64,000 bases of DNA from Candidatus Nitrospinota bacterium M3_3B_026 (GTDB lineage Bacteria > Nitrospinota_A > UBA7883 > JBPRGF01). Shown one piece after another: positions 20,659 to 31,835 of this stretch. The stretch lies in contig JBPRGF010000026.1 of the NCBI GenBank assembly GCA_051418015.1, positions 1 through 64,000 of the forward strand, in the 5' to 3' direction. Made by a program: the position numbers and the translations under genes. The stretch's first letter is position 1. Each line of letters opens with the position of its first letter. The notes under the pieces were generated by a model, which had not been told where the DNA came from, did no database searches, and was given only the letters and a program-made list of their open reading frames with translations.

Positions 20659-21975
20659 CTAGCCTTCTTCGGAGGCCTGCGCCGCCGGTTTCACGGTGAC
20701 GGTCAGGCCCGAGGCGCTCACCACTTCCACCCTGTCACCGGGCTTTATCGTCCCCGTCTCGCTCACGGCTTTCCACAGTTCCCCCTCCAGCATGATCCTG
20801 CCGGGTTTGCCCGGTTTTATCTCCGTCTCAGCCATGCCGGAAAGACCCACCATGGCGTCCCAGCCGGTGGCCACCTTCCGGAACTGGGCCCGCGCCGCCG
20901 AGCCGAGCAACACCGTGAAAAATCCCGCAGTCAAAAGCGCGGTGGGTATTATCACCGAGAGGCTTATCCGCATGTAATCCTCAGGCGCCTCTATGAGCAT
21001 CAGCGAGCCGATCACCAGGGCGGTGATTCCTCCGATGGTCAGTATCCCGAAGCTGGTGACCCAAATCTCCAGCATGAAAAGGACGATGGAAAGCAGTATG
21101 AGCAGCGCCCCGGCGAAATTTATGGGCAGGGTCTGCAGGGAGTAGAAGGCCAGTATCAGGCATATGGCCCCGATGACGCCGGGGAAGATGGCCCCGGGGT
21201 TCGAAAGCTCGAAAAAGAGCCCGTAGAACCCCAGCATCATCAGGATGTAGGCGACGTTTGGGTTCGCCAGGGCGTTGAAAACCCTCTGCCGCCAGGTCAT
21301 CTCTTTTCGCTCGACGCGGACGTCCGCCGTGGCGAGGGTTTTTTCACCAGCGACGGTCTTGACCGTCCTTCCGTCCACGGCCGCGAGCAGGGCGGGCAGA
21401 TCATCGGCCAAAAGATCCACCACGTTTTTCTCCAGCGCCTCCGTCTCCGAGACCGACGCGCCTTTGCGGACGAAATCCTCGGCCAGGTCCGCGTTTCGCC
21501 CGTGGGCCTCGGCGATGGAGCGGATGTAGGCCGCGGCGTCGTTCATGACCTTTTTTTGCATGGTCTTGTCCATCCCGCCGCCTCCCATGCTGACGGGGGA
21601 CGCCGCGCCGATGTTCGTGCCCGGGGCCATGGCGGCGATATCCGCGGCGATGGTGATGAACGCCCCAGCCGACGCGGCCCGGGAGCCCGAAGGCGCGACG
21701 TAGACTATCACCGGGACGGCCGCCCCCTGCATCTTCTTTATGATCTGGCGCATGGAGGTGTCCAGCCCGCCGGGGGTGTCCATCCGGATCACGAGCGCCT
21801 CCACGGAGGGGTCGCTCTCGGCCTTGTCTATGGACCCGGCGATGTACTCGGCGACGACGGGGTTTATCGGCCCGTCCACCGTCGCCACCAGCACGGACCT
21901 TTGCTGCGCCGTGGAAGGGAGCGCCGCCGCCAGGGCCGCCAGGGCCGCTATGACGAGAAGGTGTCTTCTAAGCAT
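20659..21975 (-). CDS. nfeD: long-form NfeD (ClpP-class membrane serine protease, TM bundle, OB fold)
   Basis: Signal peptide, MDTPGG, RAASAGA, MAPGTNIGAASPV, GELW. Confidence 0.9.
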   Translation of the reverse strand: MLRRHLLVIAALAALAAALPSTAQQRSVLVATVDGPINPVVAEYIAGSIDKAESDPSVEALVIRMDTPGGLDTSMRQIIKKMQGAAVPVIVYVAPSGSRAASAGAFITIAADIAAMAPGTNIGAASPVSMGGGGMDKTMQKKVMNDAAAYIRSIAEAHGRNADLAEDFVRKGASVSETEALEKNVVDLLADDLPALLAAVDGRTVKTVAGEKTLATADVRVERKEMTWRQRVFNALANPNVAYILMMLGFYGLFFELSNPGAIFPGVIGAICLILAFYSLQTLPINFAGALLILLSIVLFMLEIWVTSFGILTIGGITALVIGSLMLIEAPEDYMRISLSVIIPTALLTAGFFTVLLGSAARAQFRKVATGWDAMVGLSGMAETEIKPGKPGRIMLEGELWKAVSETGTIKPGDRVEVVSASGLTVTVKPAAQASEEG

Positions 21976-22120
21976 GTCAATTATTCTACATCAACGGACG
22001 CCCTCCGGCGGCGTTGAAAAGATGTCACGGGTATGGAAAATTTCAATTTCGCCGGAAAGGTGATATTATTTGAAAATAAGCCATTCTCTTCCGTCAGGGG
22101 GGCGGGACTGCAAAGTCTAA

Positions 22121-23014
22121 ATGAAAAACGAAGACAAGAGCACCGTCCTGGTCATCGAGGATGACCTGCCAACCCTCCGACAGGTCGAAAGACACCTGAG
22201 CGAGGCGGGCCTGGCCGTGGTCACGGCCAGAAACGGCAAGGATGCCATCGTCAAGCTGTACGAGGCCTGTCCGGACATTGTCGTATCTGATATCAACCTT
22301 CCCATCATGAACGGCTACGAGTTCTGCCGGAAGCTGCGCAAGGAGGCCGGCGGGGACATACCGCTCATATTCATCTCCGTCAAGGACGACACCGAGGACA
22401 AGATCATGGGGTTCGACAGCGGGGGCGACGACTACGTCACGAAACCGTTCGCCGTCGACGAGTTGGTGGCCAGGGTGAAGGCGAGCCTGGGCCGGAGCCT
22501 GAAAAGCAAGCGCGAGTCGTCCACCGACCACCTGACGGGGCTTTTGAACAGGCGCGCCATCGAGAAGTGGCTGAACATCGAGATACAAAGAAGCGGCAGG
22601 TTCAGGCGGCCCTTTTCCCTTGCGATGCTGGACATAGACCACTTCAAGGAGATAAACGACACCTACGGCCACCTGACCGGGGACGAGGCGCTCCGCGGCC
22701 TCGCCGGGTTCATCTCCCGGCGCCTGCGGGTGATAGACGTGGTCGGGCGCTACGGCGGCGAGGAGTTCATGATACTGATGCCGGAGACCTGCAAGGAGAA
22801 CGCCGTCATTCCCCTGGAGCGGATCAGGTCCGGGCTGCGCGGCCACGTCTTCGCCAAGACGGACTCGGCGCGCGTGAGGCTGAGCGTGAGCATCGGCGTC
22901 GCGGAGTTCCCCGGCGACGCGACGGACTTTGAGGGGATCATCGCCGCGGCCGACGCGGCGCTCTACGAGGCCAAGTCCAACGGCAGGGACATGATCCGCC
23001 TCTTCGGAGGATAA
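22121..23014 (+). CDS. response-regulator diguanylate cyclase (REC-GGDEF)
   Basis: IEDD, SDINLP, KPF; DHLTGLLNRR, DIDHFKEINDTYGH, RVID I-site, RYGGEEF. Confidence 0.93.
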   Translation: MKNEDKSTVLVIEDDLPTLRQVERHLSEAGLAVVTARNGKDAIVKLYEACPDIVVSDINLPIMNGYEFCRKLRKEAGGDIPLIFISVKDDTEDKIMGFDSGGDDYVTKPFAVDELVARVKASLGRSLKSKRESSTDHLTGLLNRRAIEKWLNIEIQRSGRFRRPFSLAMLDIDHFKEINDTYGHLTGDEALRGLAGFISRRLRVIDVVGRYGGEEFMILMPETCKENAVIPLERIRSGLRGHVFAKTDSARVRLSVSIGVAEFPGDATDFEGIIAAADAALYEAKSNGRDMIRLFGG

Positions 23015-23027
23015 GCCCCGGCGGGTC

Positions 23028-23546
23028 TCACCCCCTCTGCTTTTCTCCGTGGGCTCCGCCCGTGAAAAGCGACCAGGCCAGCAGCATGACCCCCACGGTG
23101 ATGGCCGAGTCCGCCACGTTGAAGGCGGGCCACTGGTAGCCGTCTATGTAAAACAGCAGAAAGTCGGTGACGGCGCCGTTTTTGAGCCTGTCGATGAGGT
23201 TGCCGAAAGCGCCGGAGCCGATGAAGACCAGCGCCGCCCTCGGCGCCCTGTCCCGCGGCGGCAGGGAGCGGTAGAGAACCGTTATGATGACCAGCGCCGA
23301 TATGGAGACCACCGTGAACCCGCGGGAGACCCACTCGCTCTCCACGCCGCCCAGGAGCCCGAAAGCCGCGCCGCGGTTTTTTATGTGCACGATGTTGAAG
23401 AGGCCCGGGATGACGGTGACGGCGCCGTTGAGGGGGATCGACTCCTCCACGATCATTTTCGTCACCCTGTCCGCCGCGATGAGGGCCCCCGCCGCAAGCG
23501 CTGGGGCGAGCCGCAAGAGCGCGCCCGGAAAGCCCGCGCCGCTCAT
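23028..23546 (-). CDS. lspA: lipoprotein signal peptidase II
   Basis: [27 protein letters not shown]; coupled to ileS. Confidence 0.95.
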   Translation of the reverse strand: MSGAGFPGALLRLAPALAAGALIAADRVTKMIVEESIPLNGAVTVIPGLFNIVHIKNRGAAFGLLGGVESEWVSRGFTVVSISALVIITVLYRSLPPRDRAPRAALVFIGSGAFGNLIDRLKNGAVTDFLLFYIDGYQWPAFNVADSAITVGVMLLAWSLFTGGAHGEKQRG

Positions 23547-26344
23547 TCAACGGCCGCCAGGTTGGCGGCGCAGCGGGCGCAGATTCCCGGATGATCCTCC
23601 GATTTTCCCACGGTCTCGCTGTAATTCCAGCACCGCTCGCATTTCTCCCCGCCCGCCTTTTTCACCATCACGGTAAGGCCCGGCACGTTCTCGCTTTTGA
23701 ATATCTCCCCGCCCTCCGGCGGCGGCCCGTCAGCCAGGGAGGCCTGCGACACGATGAATATGAACGGCAGGCCGGTCTCGTGCTTTTGCAGAAGCTCCCT
23801 GTCGGACTGGAACAGCGACAGCTCCACCGCGGCGTCGAGGGAGTGGCCCACGATCTTCTTCTGTCTTGCCAGCTCCAGGGCGCGGGTGACCTCGCCGCGG
23901 ATGGCGATGATCCTGTCCCACTCGGCCAGGAGATGCTCGTTCGCCGCCAGGAAGTCCGCCTCCGGGAACAGCGCCAGGTGAACGCTCGGCTCCCTCGACT
24001 CAGGGTCGCCCGGAAGGCTCTCCCATGCCTCCTCGGCGGTGAAGGAGAGGACCGGGGCCATCAGCCTGAGCATCCCGTGGACGACCTCGTACATGGAGCT
24101 CTGGGCGGAGCGCCGCTCCGGGCCCCTTTTCGGGAAGGTGTAGAGCCTGTCCTTTATTATGTCCAGGTAAAAAGAACTCAGGTCCGTCACGCAGAAGTTG
24201 TGGAAGGAGTGATAGAAGACGTGGAACTCGCCCCGTTCATACGCCTGGGTGATCCTGCGGGCCAGCTTCTGGAACTTGAGGGCGATCACGCGGTCGAGCT
24301 CCAGTCTCTCCTCGAAGGGGACCGCGTCCGCCGCCGGGTCGAAGTCGGAGACGTTGCCGAGCATGAAGCGGATGGTGTTGCGGATTTTCCTGTACGCCTC
24401 CGTCAGCCTCTTCAGGATCTCGTCGGAGAGGCGGATGTCCTCCCTGTAATCCTCGCTGGCCACCCAGAGGCGGACAATCTCCGCGCCGCTCTTGTCGATG
24501 ATCGTTTTCGGCGCGATCACGTTGCCGAGCGACTTGCTCATCTTGCGCCCCATGCCGTCCACCACGTAGCCGTGGGTCAGAACCTCCCGGTAAGGCGCCG
24601 CGCCGCGGGAGCCGACAGACTCCAGAAGCGAGGTGTGAAACCATCCCCTGTGCTGGTCGGAGCCTTCCAGGTAAAGGTCCGCGGGCCAGTCCAGCCTCTC
24701 ATCCTTCTCCAGGACGACGGCGTGGGAGACGCCAGAGTCGAACCAGACATCCAGTATGTCGCGCCCTTTGTCGAACTCCGAGCCGCCGCATTCTCCGCAG
24801 GCCGCGCCCTCGGGCAGGAAATGGGCGGCCGGTTTTTCGAACCAGGAGTCCACCCCCTCTTCGTCGAGGATGTCTATGACCCGCGCGGCGGCCCCGGCGT
24901 CCATGAGCGCCTCGCCGCAGCCCCGGCAATAGAAGGCTATGATCGGCGCGCCCCACACCCGCTGGCGGGAGACGCACCAGTCCGGCCTGTTCTCCAGCAT
25001 GTTGAAGATGCGCTCCTCTCCCCAGGCGGGCCTCCATTGGACGCCGCGGACAGCCTCCAGGCTTTTCTTGCGGAGGTCGTTTTTCTCCATGGAGATGAAC
25101 CACTGCGCCGTGGCCCGGAATATGATCGGGCTCCGGCAACGCCAGCAATGAGGGTAGGAGTGTTCCACCTCGTCCCTCGCCAGCAGCGCGTCCTTTTCCT
25201 TCAGCTTCTCGATCACCGCCTCGTTGGCGTCCCACACCTTCATCCCGGCGAAAAACGGCGTGTCCGGCATGAACCTGCCGGCGGGGTCCACGGGGTTTTC
25301 AACGTCCAGCCCGTACCTCTGGCCGATCACGTAGTCCTCCTGGCCGTGGCCCGGGGCGGTGTGGACGAGGCCCGTGCCCTGCTCCAGGGTGACGTGCTCG
25401 CCGTTGATGACCAGCGACTCCCTGCCCAGGAAAGGATGATGGGCCGTCATCCTGTTCATCTCCGCGCCCTTGAATTTTTTCAGCGTCTCGTAATCCCCGG
25501 AGCCCATGTCTTGCATGATGGGCTCCGCCAGGTCCTCGGCGAGTATCAGCGTCTCCCCGCCCGCCCTGACGGCGCTGTAGGTGAAATCGGGATGCAGAGC
25601 GACGGCCAGGTTGGCCGGCAGCGTCCACGGCGTGGTGGTCCATATCACGAGGTATGTCGAACCCGCGGCAAGCCCCATGGCCTCCGCGTCTTTTTCATTC
25701 AGCTTGAACTTGACGAATATGGAGGGGGAGACGCGGTCTGAGTATTCCACCTCCGCCTCCGCAAGCGCCGTGCGGCACGAGGCGCACCAGTGGACGGGCT
25801 TGAAGCCCCGGTATAGCCCGCCGTTCTCGATGAATTTCAAAAGTTCACGTAGTATGCCGATCTCGTAGCCATGGCTCATGGTCAGATACGGCCTGTCCCA
25901 GTCGGCCAGGACGCCGAGCCTCTTGAACTCCTCCCGCTGGATTCCGACGAATTTCTCGGCGTATTCCCTGCATTTTCGGCGGATGTCGGCCGCGCTCATC
26001 TCGCGCTTGGCCTTGCCGAGGGTCTTGTCCACCTGGTGCTCGATGGGCAGGCCGTGGCAGTCCCAGCCAGGGACATATGGGGCGTCGAAGCCGCTCATGT
26101 TCTTTATCTTCACGACCATGTCCTTGAGTATCTTGTTCAGCGCAGTGCCGCTGTGGATGTGCCCGTTGGCGTAGGGGGGGCCGTCGTGGAGGATATACCT
26201 TGGGCTGCCGGCCCTGGCCGCCCTGACGCGGCCGTACAGGTCCATCTCTTCCCACCTGGCCAGCGTCTGCGCCTCTCTTTGGGCGAGGTTGGCCTTCATG
26301 GGAAAGCCCGTGGAGGGAAGGTTCAACGTCTCCTTGTAACTCAT
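23543..26344 (-). CDS. ileS: isoleucyl-tRNA synthetase (type 1)
   Basis: [45 protein letters not shown] zinc finger. Confidence 0.97.
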   Translation of the reverse strand: MSYKETLNLPSTGFPMKANLAQREAQTLARWEEMDLYGRVRAARAGSPRYILHDGPPYANGHIHSGTALNKILKDMVVKIKNMSGFDAPYVPGWDCHGLPIEHQVDKTLGKAKREMSAADIRRKCREYAEKFVGIQREEFKRLGVLADWDRPYLTMSHGYEIGILRELLKFIENGGLYRGFKPVHWCASCRTALAEAEVEYSDRVSPSIFVKFKLNEKDAEAMGLAAGSTYLVIWTTTPWTLPANLAVALHPDFTYSAVRAGGETLILAEDLAEPIMQDMGSGDYETLKKFKGAEMNRMTAHHPFLGRESLVINGEHVTLEQGTGLVHTAPGHGQEDYVIGQRYGLDVENPVDPAGRFMPDTPFFAGMKVWDANEAVIEKLKEKDALLARDEVEHSYPHCWRCRSPIIFRATAQWFISMEKNDLRKKSLEAVRGVQWRPAWGEERIFNMLENRPDWCVSRQRVWGAPIIAFYCRGCGEALMDAGAAARVIDILDEEGVDSWFEKPAAHFLPEGAACGECGGSEFDKGRDILDVWFDSGVSHAVVLEKDERLDWPADLYLEGSDQHRGWFHTSLLESVGSRGAAPYREVLTHGYVVDGMGRKMSKSLGNVIAPKTIIDKSGAEIVRLWVASEDYREDIRLSDEILKRLTEAYRKIRNTIRFMLGNVSDFDPAADAVPFEERLELDRVIALKFQKLARRITQAYERGEFHVFYHSFHNFCVTDLSSFYLDIIKDRLYTFPKRGPERRSAQSSMYEVVHGMLRLMAPVLSFTAEEAWESLPGDPESREPSVHLALFPEADFLAANEHLLAEWDRIIAIRGEVTRALELARQKKIVGHSLDAAVELSLFQSDRELLQKHETGLPFIFIVSQASLADGPPPEGGEIFKSENVPGLTVMVKKAGGEKCERCWNYSETVGKSEDHPGICARCAANLAAVE

Positions 26345-26577
26345 TTTGTTCTCACGTTAAAAAGACTCCCTCTGGATAAGGAACGGGGAAGCCATGGGAC
26401 GATATGCAAGAAAACCATGAAAATCAGGAAAATATCACCGCTCCCCTTCGATTGTCAAGAAGCCGGGCGCGGGCCGGGCGTGTTGCCTGACGGCTTGAAA
26501 TCGAAGTATCATAAAGATATGCGCTGACCGTGGCGCCGGCCGCGGCGCCGGGTTCGTTCGGTAGGGGGATTTTTCAA

Positions 26578-27342
26578 ATGGCGCCTTTGTTCGATTTTTT
26601 CCGAGGGCCGGCCGCTGGCCGCCGAAAGCCTCCGGCCCAGCGGGGTGGGCCCGCCGCCGAAGGGGAGACCGCGGAGGTGCTCAAGACCGCGCTCAAGGTC
26701 CGCCAGCAGGTGGAGATAATCCTGCCCGATGACAGGGAGGAGTCCTACAGATCCTTTTTCGTTGGGCTCGATGGGAACTCGTCCGGGTTCTACATGGACA
26801 TGCTCATACCGAGGCCGGGACGGGGGGCGCTGCGCTCGGGAGCCGCGGTTGTCATCGTTTTCTTCCTGAACGACATACAGTACAGGCTGACGGCGCTTTT
26901 CTCCGGCGTCGAGAAACACCTGGGGTTCGACTCCCTCAAGTTCGCGAGACCCCTGACCCTGGAACGCGCGCAGAGAAGAGCGTCTTACCGCGTTGAGCCC
27001 GGCGTCGGCAGGCCGGTCAAGGCGCTGGTTAAAAGCGATGAGCGGGTGGAGCGGACAACGGCGCTGGACATAAGCGTCGGCGGACTGCGCTACAGGTCCC
27101 GCATGAGGTGGGATTCGCCGCAGGTGGAGCTGGACATAGAGCTGCCCGGGGACTGGCCGCCGCTCGAGAACGTCAGGATGAACATATTGAGCCAGGGCAG
27201 GATAGACCCCTCCGGCAAGGGCAGGCCCCTGGAGAAGCCCTGCTACGTGAGGGGCGAGTTCGTCAGCCTGGAGAACCGCTGCGCCGATATAATAAGCCGT
27301 TACGTCGCCGCCAGGCAGCGCGAGATAAACAGGCTGTTTTAG
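26578..27342 (+). CDS. PilZ-domain (YcgR/flagellar brake-like) c-di-GMP receptor
   Basis: QRRASYR (RxxxR) and DISVGG (DxSxGG) after a YcgR-N-like region. Confidence 0.85.
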   Translation: MAPLFDFFRGPAAGRRKPPAQRGGPAAEGETAEVLKTALKVRQQVEIILPDDREESYRSFFVGLDGNSSGFYMDMLIPRPGRGALRSGAAVVIVFFLNDIQYRLTALFSGVEKHLGFDSLKFARPLTLERAQRRASYRVEPGVGRPVKALVKSDERVERTTALDISVGGLRYRSRMRWDSPQVELDIELPGDWPPLENVRMNILSQGRIDPSGKGRPLEKPCYVRGEFVSLENRCADIISRYVAARQREINRLF

Positions 27343-27449
27343 GGACCCGCCGGGAAGACGCGGCCCGCCTTGAAAGCCTCCCGCGCTTGCTGGTAGACTT
27401 GATTTCCCGGAAAGACCCCGCGCCGATCTCGAAGGATTTTGCCGGAAAA

Positions 27450-28562
27450 ATGAAGCTCGCTTTTTTTCAGCGGTTATCCATCCTTGCGGCGATCCTCCTG
27501 TTCTCCGCTTCCGGGCCGGCCGTGGCGGCGCATTACGGTCTCGTGGAGGACGGCTGGGAAGAGCGCATAAAAACCGCCATCTTCAAGGTGGCCGACACCG
27601 ACTTCGAAGAGGGCCTGTCCATTGTGGCCGAGTACATAGAAGCCTTCCCGGAGAACCCGGGGGGGTATTTTTTCTACGCCGCCGGAGTGCAGGAGAAAAT
27701 CCAGAAGCTGAACGTCCCGGATGAGATCGGCAGGTTCTACGAATACGCCGAAAAGTGCGAGAAGCTATGCGAAAGAAGGCTCAGGAAAAACCCCGGCGAC
27801 ACGGCGGCGAGGTTTTTCCTGGGAGGCATTCACGGCTACACCGGCCTGCTGGAGGCCAAGCGGAGGCGGATGGTAAAAGCCTTTCTCAGCGGCGTGGAGT
27901 CCAAGAAACATCTGGAGCGCGTCGCCGCCGAGCGGCCGGAGACACCGGACACCTACTTCGGCCTGGGGATGCTCTACTACTTCTCCAGCCGCAAAAGCGA
28001 GGAAGGGGGCCGCCTGCTCTCCTGGATCATCCGCAAATTCATAACCGACGGGAAAAACATGAAGGCCGAGGGGGTGGAGATGATAAAGCGCTCGATCATC
28101 GGCGGGTCGCTGGCGCGGGACTATGCCTTGTCGAGCCTCATGTGGATACACCTGTACGAGGGGCAGTACGAGCAGGCCGGGCAGATCGCGCGCAACATGA
28201 GCAGGCGCTTCACCAGGGATACCGCTTCCCGCTGGGTCCTGGGCAGGGTGGCGCTGGAGAAAAGAGAATGCGCGCAAGCCCGGCTATGGTTCGAGGATAT
28301 CCTGGATATAGCGGCCCGCAAGGGCCTGCCCTCCTCGCGTTATCCTGACGTGACGACCGCCATCGACATGGCCGATCTTTGCGAAAGCATGAACAGCGCA
28401 AGGTGGGGAGAGGCGGACAGGCTGATCGACAGTATAAGAGAACGCCTGGAAGGCGATCCCAAGATAGTGATCGAGTACCAGGACGAGAAAAACCTCCTGA
28501 AACGCTGGAACAGCGAACTGGAGCGCGCGCGAAGAACCGTCGACCTGGTCCTTGGCGGCTAG
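27450..28562 (+). CDS. secreted TPR-like helical repeat protein
   Basis: Signal peptide ending AVA; TPR-like segments (PENPGGYFFYA, ARFFLGGIHG, DTYFGLGMLY). Confidence 0.65.
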   Translation: MKLAFFQRLSILAAILLFSASGPAVAAHYGLVEDGWEERIKTAIFKVADTDFEEGLSIVAEYIEAFPENPGGYFFYAAGVQEKIQKLNVPDEIGRFYEYAEKCEKLCERRLRKNPGDTAARFFLGGIHGYTGLLEAKRRRMVKAFLSGVESKKHLERVAAERPETPDTYFGLGMLYYFSSRKSEEGGRLLSWIIRKFITDGKNMKAEGVEMIKRSIIGGSLARDYALSSLMWIHLYEGQYEQAGQIARNMSRRFTRDTASRWVLGRVALEKRECAQARLWFEDILDIAARKGLPSSRYPDVTTAIDMADLCESMNSARWGEADRLIDSIRERLEGDPKIVIEYQDEKNLLKRWNSELERARRTVDLVLGG

Positions 28563-29371
28563 GACCCGCGCCGCGGGTCCAGCAGGTCCCTCAACCCGTC
28601 GCCAAGGAAATTCACCCCCATCACGACCATCATTATGGCAAGCCCCGGGAAGGTTATGAGGTGCGGCGCGACAAGCAGGAACTGCCTCCCCTCGGAAAGC
28701 ATCGCCCCCAGGCTCGGCGTGGGCGGCTGGACCCCTAGCCCGAGGAAGCTCAGGCCCGCCTCGGCTATTATCGCCGAGGCCACGCCGAACGTCGCCTCCA
28801 CGATTACCGGCCCGGCCAGGTTCGGCAGAAGGTGTCTTCCGATCACCCGCGCCGCCCCCGCCCCGATCGACTCCGCCGCCAGGACGTACTCCCGCTCGCG
28901 CAATGACAACACCTGCCCCCTGGCGAGCCTCGCGAAGCTTGTCCACCCCATGAGGCTCAAGGCGATGATGACGTTCATCAGGCTCGGCCCCATCACCGCC
29001 ATCACCGCCACCGCAAGCAGCAGCCCCGGAAAGGCCAGGAAGACGTCCAGGACGCGCATCACCACCCCGTCCACTTTGCCCCCGATGTAGCCCGACGCCG
29101 CGCCGATGATCGAGCCCGTGACGGTTGAGATGGAGACCGTGACAAGCCCCACCAGCAACGAGACCCGCGCGCCGCTCATGATCCTGCTCAGGATGTCCCT
29201 GCCCAGCCTGTCCTGCCCAAGAAGATGCTCCGGGCCGGGGCCGCTCAGGCCGCCGTAAAGGTCCTGCTCCACCGGCGGCCAGGGCGCGATCCACGGCGCC
29301 AGGACCGCCACGGCCACGAAACCCGCCGTCAGAAAAAGACCCGCCCAGAACGTGGCCGGCGCCCTTCTCAT
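28559..29371 (-). CDS. peptide/nickel ABC transporter permease (DppC/OppC-like)
   Basis: HLLGQDRLGRDILSR, REYVLAAESIGA, HLLPN, EAGLSFLGLG. Confidence 0.92.
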   Translation of the reverse strand: MRRAPATFWAGLFLTAGFVAVAVLAPWIAPWPPVEQDLYGGLSGPGPEHLLGQDRLGRDILSRIMSGARVSLLVGLVTVSISTVTGSIIGAASGYIGGKVDGVVMRVLDVFLAFPGLLLAVAVMAVMGPSLMNVIIALSLMGWTSFARLARGQVLSLREREYVLAAESIGAGAARVIGRHLLPNLAGPVIVEATFGVASAIIAEAGLSFLGLGVQPPTPSLGAMLSEGRQFLLVAPHLITFPGLAIMMVVMGVNFLGDGLRDLLDPRRGS

Positions 29372-30288
29372 CGGTTCCTCACCCGCGGGTCTATCACCGC
29401 GTACAGAAGATCGACGGCGAGGTTGACGAAGACGTAGGACAGCGATATCGCCAGGACGCACCCCTGGACGAGGGGATAGTCCCGGGCGTTGATGGCCTGT
29501 ATGGTCAGCCGCCCAAGGCCCGGCCAGGCGAATATCGTCTCCGTTATTATCGCCCCGGCCAGGAGCGCGCCGAACTGCAGCCCCGCCACGGTGACCACCG
29601 GCATGAGGGCGTTGGCCAGGGCGTGCTTGAAAAGCGCCGCGCTCTCTGCCAGCCCCTTTGCCCTGGCGGTGGTCATGTAGTCCTCCCCCAGCGCGTCGAT
29701 CATCGAGGACCTGGTGAGCCGGGAGAGGATGGCCGCCATGGCCGTCCCCAGCGTTATGGATGGCAGGATGAGGCTTTCCACCCCGCCCCGGCCGTAGACG
29801 GGCAGCCACTTGAGCTCCACGGAGAAGACGAGGATCAGGAGCGGCCCGATGAAAAAGCTCGGCATGGAGACCCCAAGCAGGGAGACGGCCATGGAGCCGC
29901 GGTCCACCGCGGTGTCCTTTCTGGCCGCCGCGGCCACCCCCAGCGGGACGGCCATCACGACAGCCAGTATCATGGAGCAGACGGCTAGCTCGAACGTGGC
30001 GGGGTATTTTTCCAGTATGGACGCCGTGACGCTCTTTTTGGTGTAGAGGGATTTTCCAAGATCACCCACAGCCGCCCCGGCCAGGAAAAAGATATACTGC
30101 TCCAAAACGGGCCTGTCGAGCCCCAACTCGCTTCTCAGCGCTTCCTTGTCCGCCGCCGCCGCCCTCTCGCCCAGCATTATCTCCACCGGGTCGCCGGGCG
30201 TCAGGCGCATCACGAGGAACACCAGGGTGACGACGCCGAGGACGACGGGCACGGCGGCGAAGAGCCTTTTTATGATATACGCTCTCAT
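29368..30288 (-). CDS. peptide/nickel ABC transporter permease (DppB/OppB-like)
   Basis: PGDPV, DYMTTARAKGL, ETIFAWPGLG, RDYPLVQG. Confidence 0.92.
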   Translation of the reverse strand: MRAYIIKRLFAAVPVVLGVVTLVFLVMRLTPGDPVEIMLGERAAAADKEALRSELGLDRPVLEQYIFFLAGAAVGDLGKSLYTKKSVTASILEKYPATFELAVCSMILAVVMAVPLGVAAAARKDTAVDRGSMAVSLLGVSMPSFFIGPLLILVFSVELKWLPVYGRGGVESLILPSITLGTAMAAILSRLTRSSMIDALGEDYMTTARAKGLAESAALFKHALANALMPVVTVAGLQFGALLAGAIITETIFAWPGLGRLTIQAINARDYPLVQGCVLAISLSYVFVNLAVDLLYAVIDPRVRNR

Positions 30289-31835
30289 CGCCCCTGTTCG
30301 ATCCTCACGTCTTTGAGCGATCTTAAGTTCTCGTCCGGCGCGAGCCTGAGACCCTTCACTCTCCTGTCCAGTACCGCCACGTTCACCGGATACCACAAGG
30401 AGACGTATGGCAGGTCCCGGGCCAGTATCTTCTGCGCCTCGGAGTATATCCTTTTCCGCTCCTCTCCGAAAGTGACCCGCCCCCGCGTAAGCAGCTCGTC
30501 CACCCGCTGGTTTTTGTACCGGCCGCGGTTGGCCCCGGCGGGCGGCGCCGAGGAGGAGTGGAAGATGTAATGGAGTATGTCCGGGTCCGTTATTCCCACC
30601 CAGGTCAGCGAATACATCTGGAACGCGCCCTTCTTGATGTCCGAGTAAAAGACCCCCCACTCATAGGAGCGTATGTCCAGGCCTATCCCCACCCTGCCGA
30701 GCTGCCACTGGAAAACCTCCGCTATCCTCTTTCGAAGCTCGTTCTGCGATGTGTTGTATTTCAGGGTGAACCGAGTGGCCGGGCCTTCGCCGTCGGGGTC
30801 CTTGTAGCCCGCCTCGTCCAGGATCCTTTTCGCCTTTTCCGGGTCATGCTCATACCTGGCGGCGTCTTTTTCATAGAAAACCGACGCCGGGGATACGGGG
30901 CCCGCCGCCTCCACGGCCAGCTTTTTCAGGATGTGTTTTATTATGCTCTTTCTATCGATAGCGTGGGCTATGGCAAGGCGCACGGCCCTGTCGCCCGTCA
31001 GCGGGTCCTCCATGTTGAAACCGAGGTAGGAGTAGTTCGTCCCCGGCCTCGTGACGACGCGGAGATCCGGGTCGCGCCGGAAACGGGGCAGCAGGTCGGG
31101 CGTTATGGGGTTCATTATCACGTGGACGGACCCGCGCTCCAGGGCGAGCGTTCTGACGGTCTCGTCGGGGATGATCTTGAGGATCACGCCGTCCAGCGCG
31201 GGCGCGCCCTCGAAATAGCCCCTGTTCGCCGCAAGCTCGATTCTTTCGTCACTTTTGAATCTCATCAGCCTGAAAGGCCCCGTCCCCACCGGCGCTTCCG
31301 CCGTCTCCTCTCCGGCTCCCGCCGGGACTATCCCCATCGTCAGGTTCCCCAGGAACGGCGCGTTCGGCTCCTTCAGCCTGAAGACCACCGTTGTATCGTC
31401 CGGCGCGGCGATGGAGTCTATCACCTCGTAGTTTCCCCGGTGGGCGGAGCCGTTCTTCTCGTCCAGGATGAACTCGTAGGTCGATTTCACGTCGGCGGCG
31501 GTCAGCTTCCTTCCGTCATGAAAAAAAACGCCCGGGCGCAGGTGGAAGACATAGGTCGTCCCGTCCGGCGTCTCCCAGCTTTCGGCGATGTCGGGGGCGA
31601 TGGTAAGGTCGTCCCTTCGCTTCACCAGCCCGTTGAACAGAAGGTCCCCCACCTTCGCCGCCGCCGCGCCGGTGGAAAGGCGGGGGTCGAGCGTCGCCGG
31701 GGCGGACTCCATCGCCACGACGAGGGTGTTTTCCGGGATTTTTTCCCTTGCCGAGCAGGCGGCGGCCAGGAGGGCAAGAGAGAAAAGGACGGGAAGAAGA
31801 GCGGCGGGCGGACGGCGGGCCCCTCTGAAGGTCAT
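30285..31835 (-). CDS. family 5 ABC substrate-binding lipoprotein
   Basis: Lipobox LAAC, FHLRPGVFFHDG, PVGTGPF, AIDR. Confidence 0.92.
   Translation of the reverse strand: MTFRGARRPPAALLPVLFSLALLAAACSAREKIPENTLVVAMESAPATLDPRLSTGAAAAKVGDLLFNGLVKRRDDLTIAPDIAESWETPDGTTYVFHLRPGVFFHDGRKLTAADVKSTYEFILDEKNGSAHRGNYEVIDSIAAPDDTTVVFRLKEPNAPFLGNLTMGIVPAGAGEETAEAPVGTGPFRLMRFKSDERIELAANRGYFEGAPALDGVILKIIPDETVRTLALERGSVHVIMNPITPDLLPRFRRDPDLRVVTRPGTNYSYLGFNMEDPLTGDRAVRLAIAHAIDRKSIIKHILKKLAVEAAGPVSPASVFYEKDAARYEHDPEKAKRILDEAGYKDPDGEGPATRFTLKYNTSQNELRKRIAEVFQWQLGRVGIGLDIRSYEWGVFYSDIKKGAFQMYSLTWVGITDPDILHYIFHSSSAPPAGANRGRYKNQRVDELLTRGRVTFGEERKRIYSEAQKILARDLPYVSLWYPVNVAVLDRRVKGLRLAPDENLRSLKDVRIEQGR

Noticed and set aside
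26345..26460. Possible T-box leader upstream of ileS
   Set aside because: No T-box consensus or terminator/antiterminator seen
28559..31835. Peptide ABC operon lacking ATPase genes
   Set aside because: Separately encoded ATPases are common
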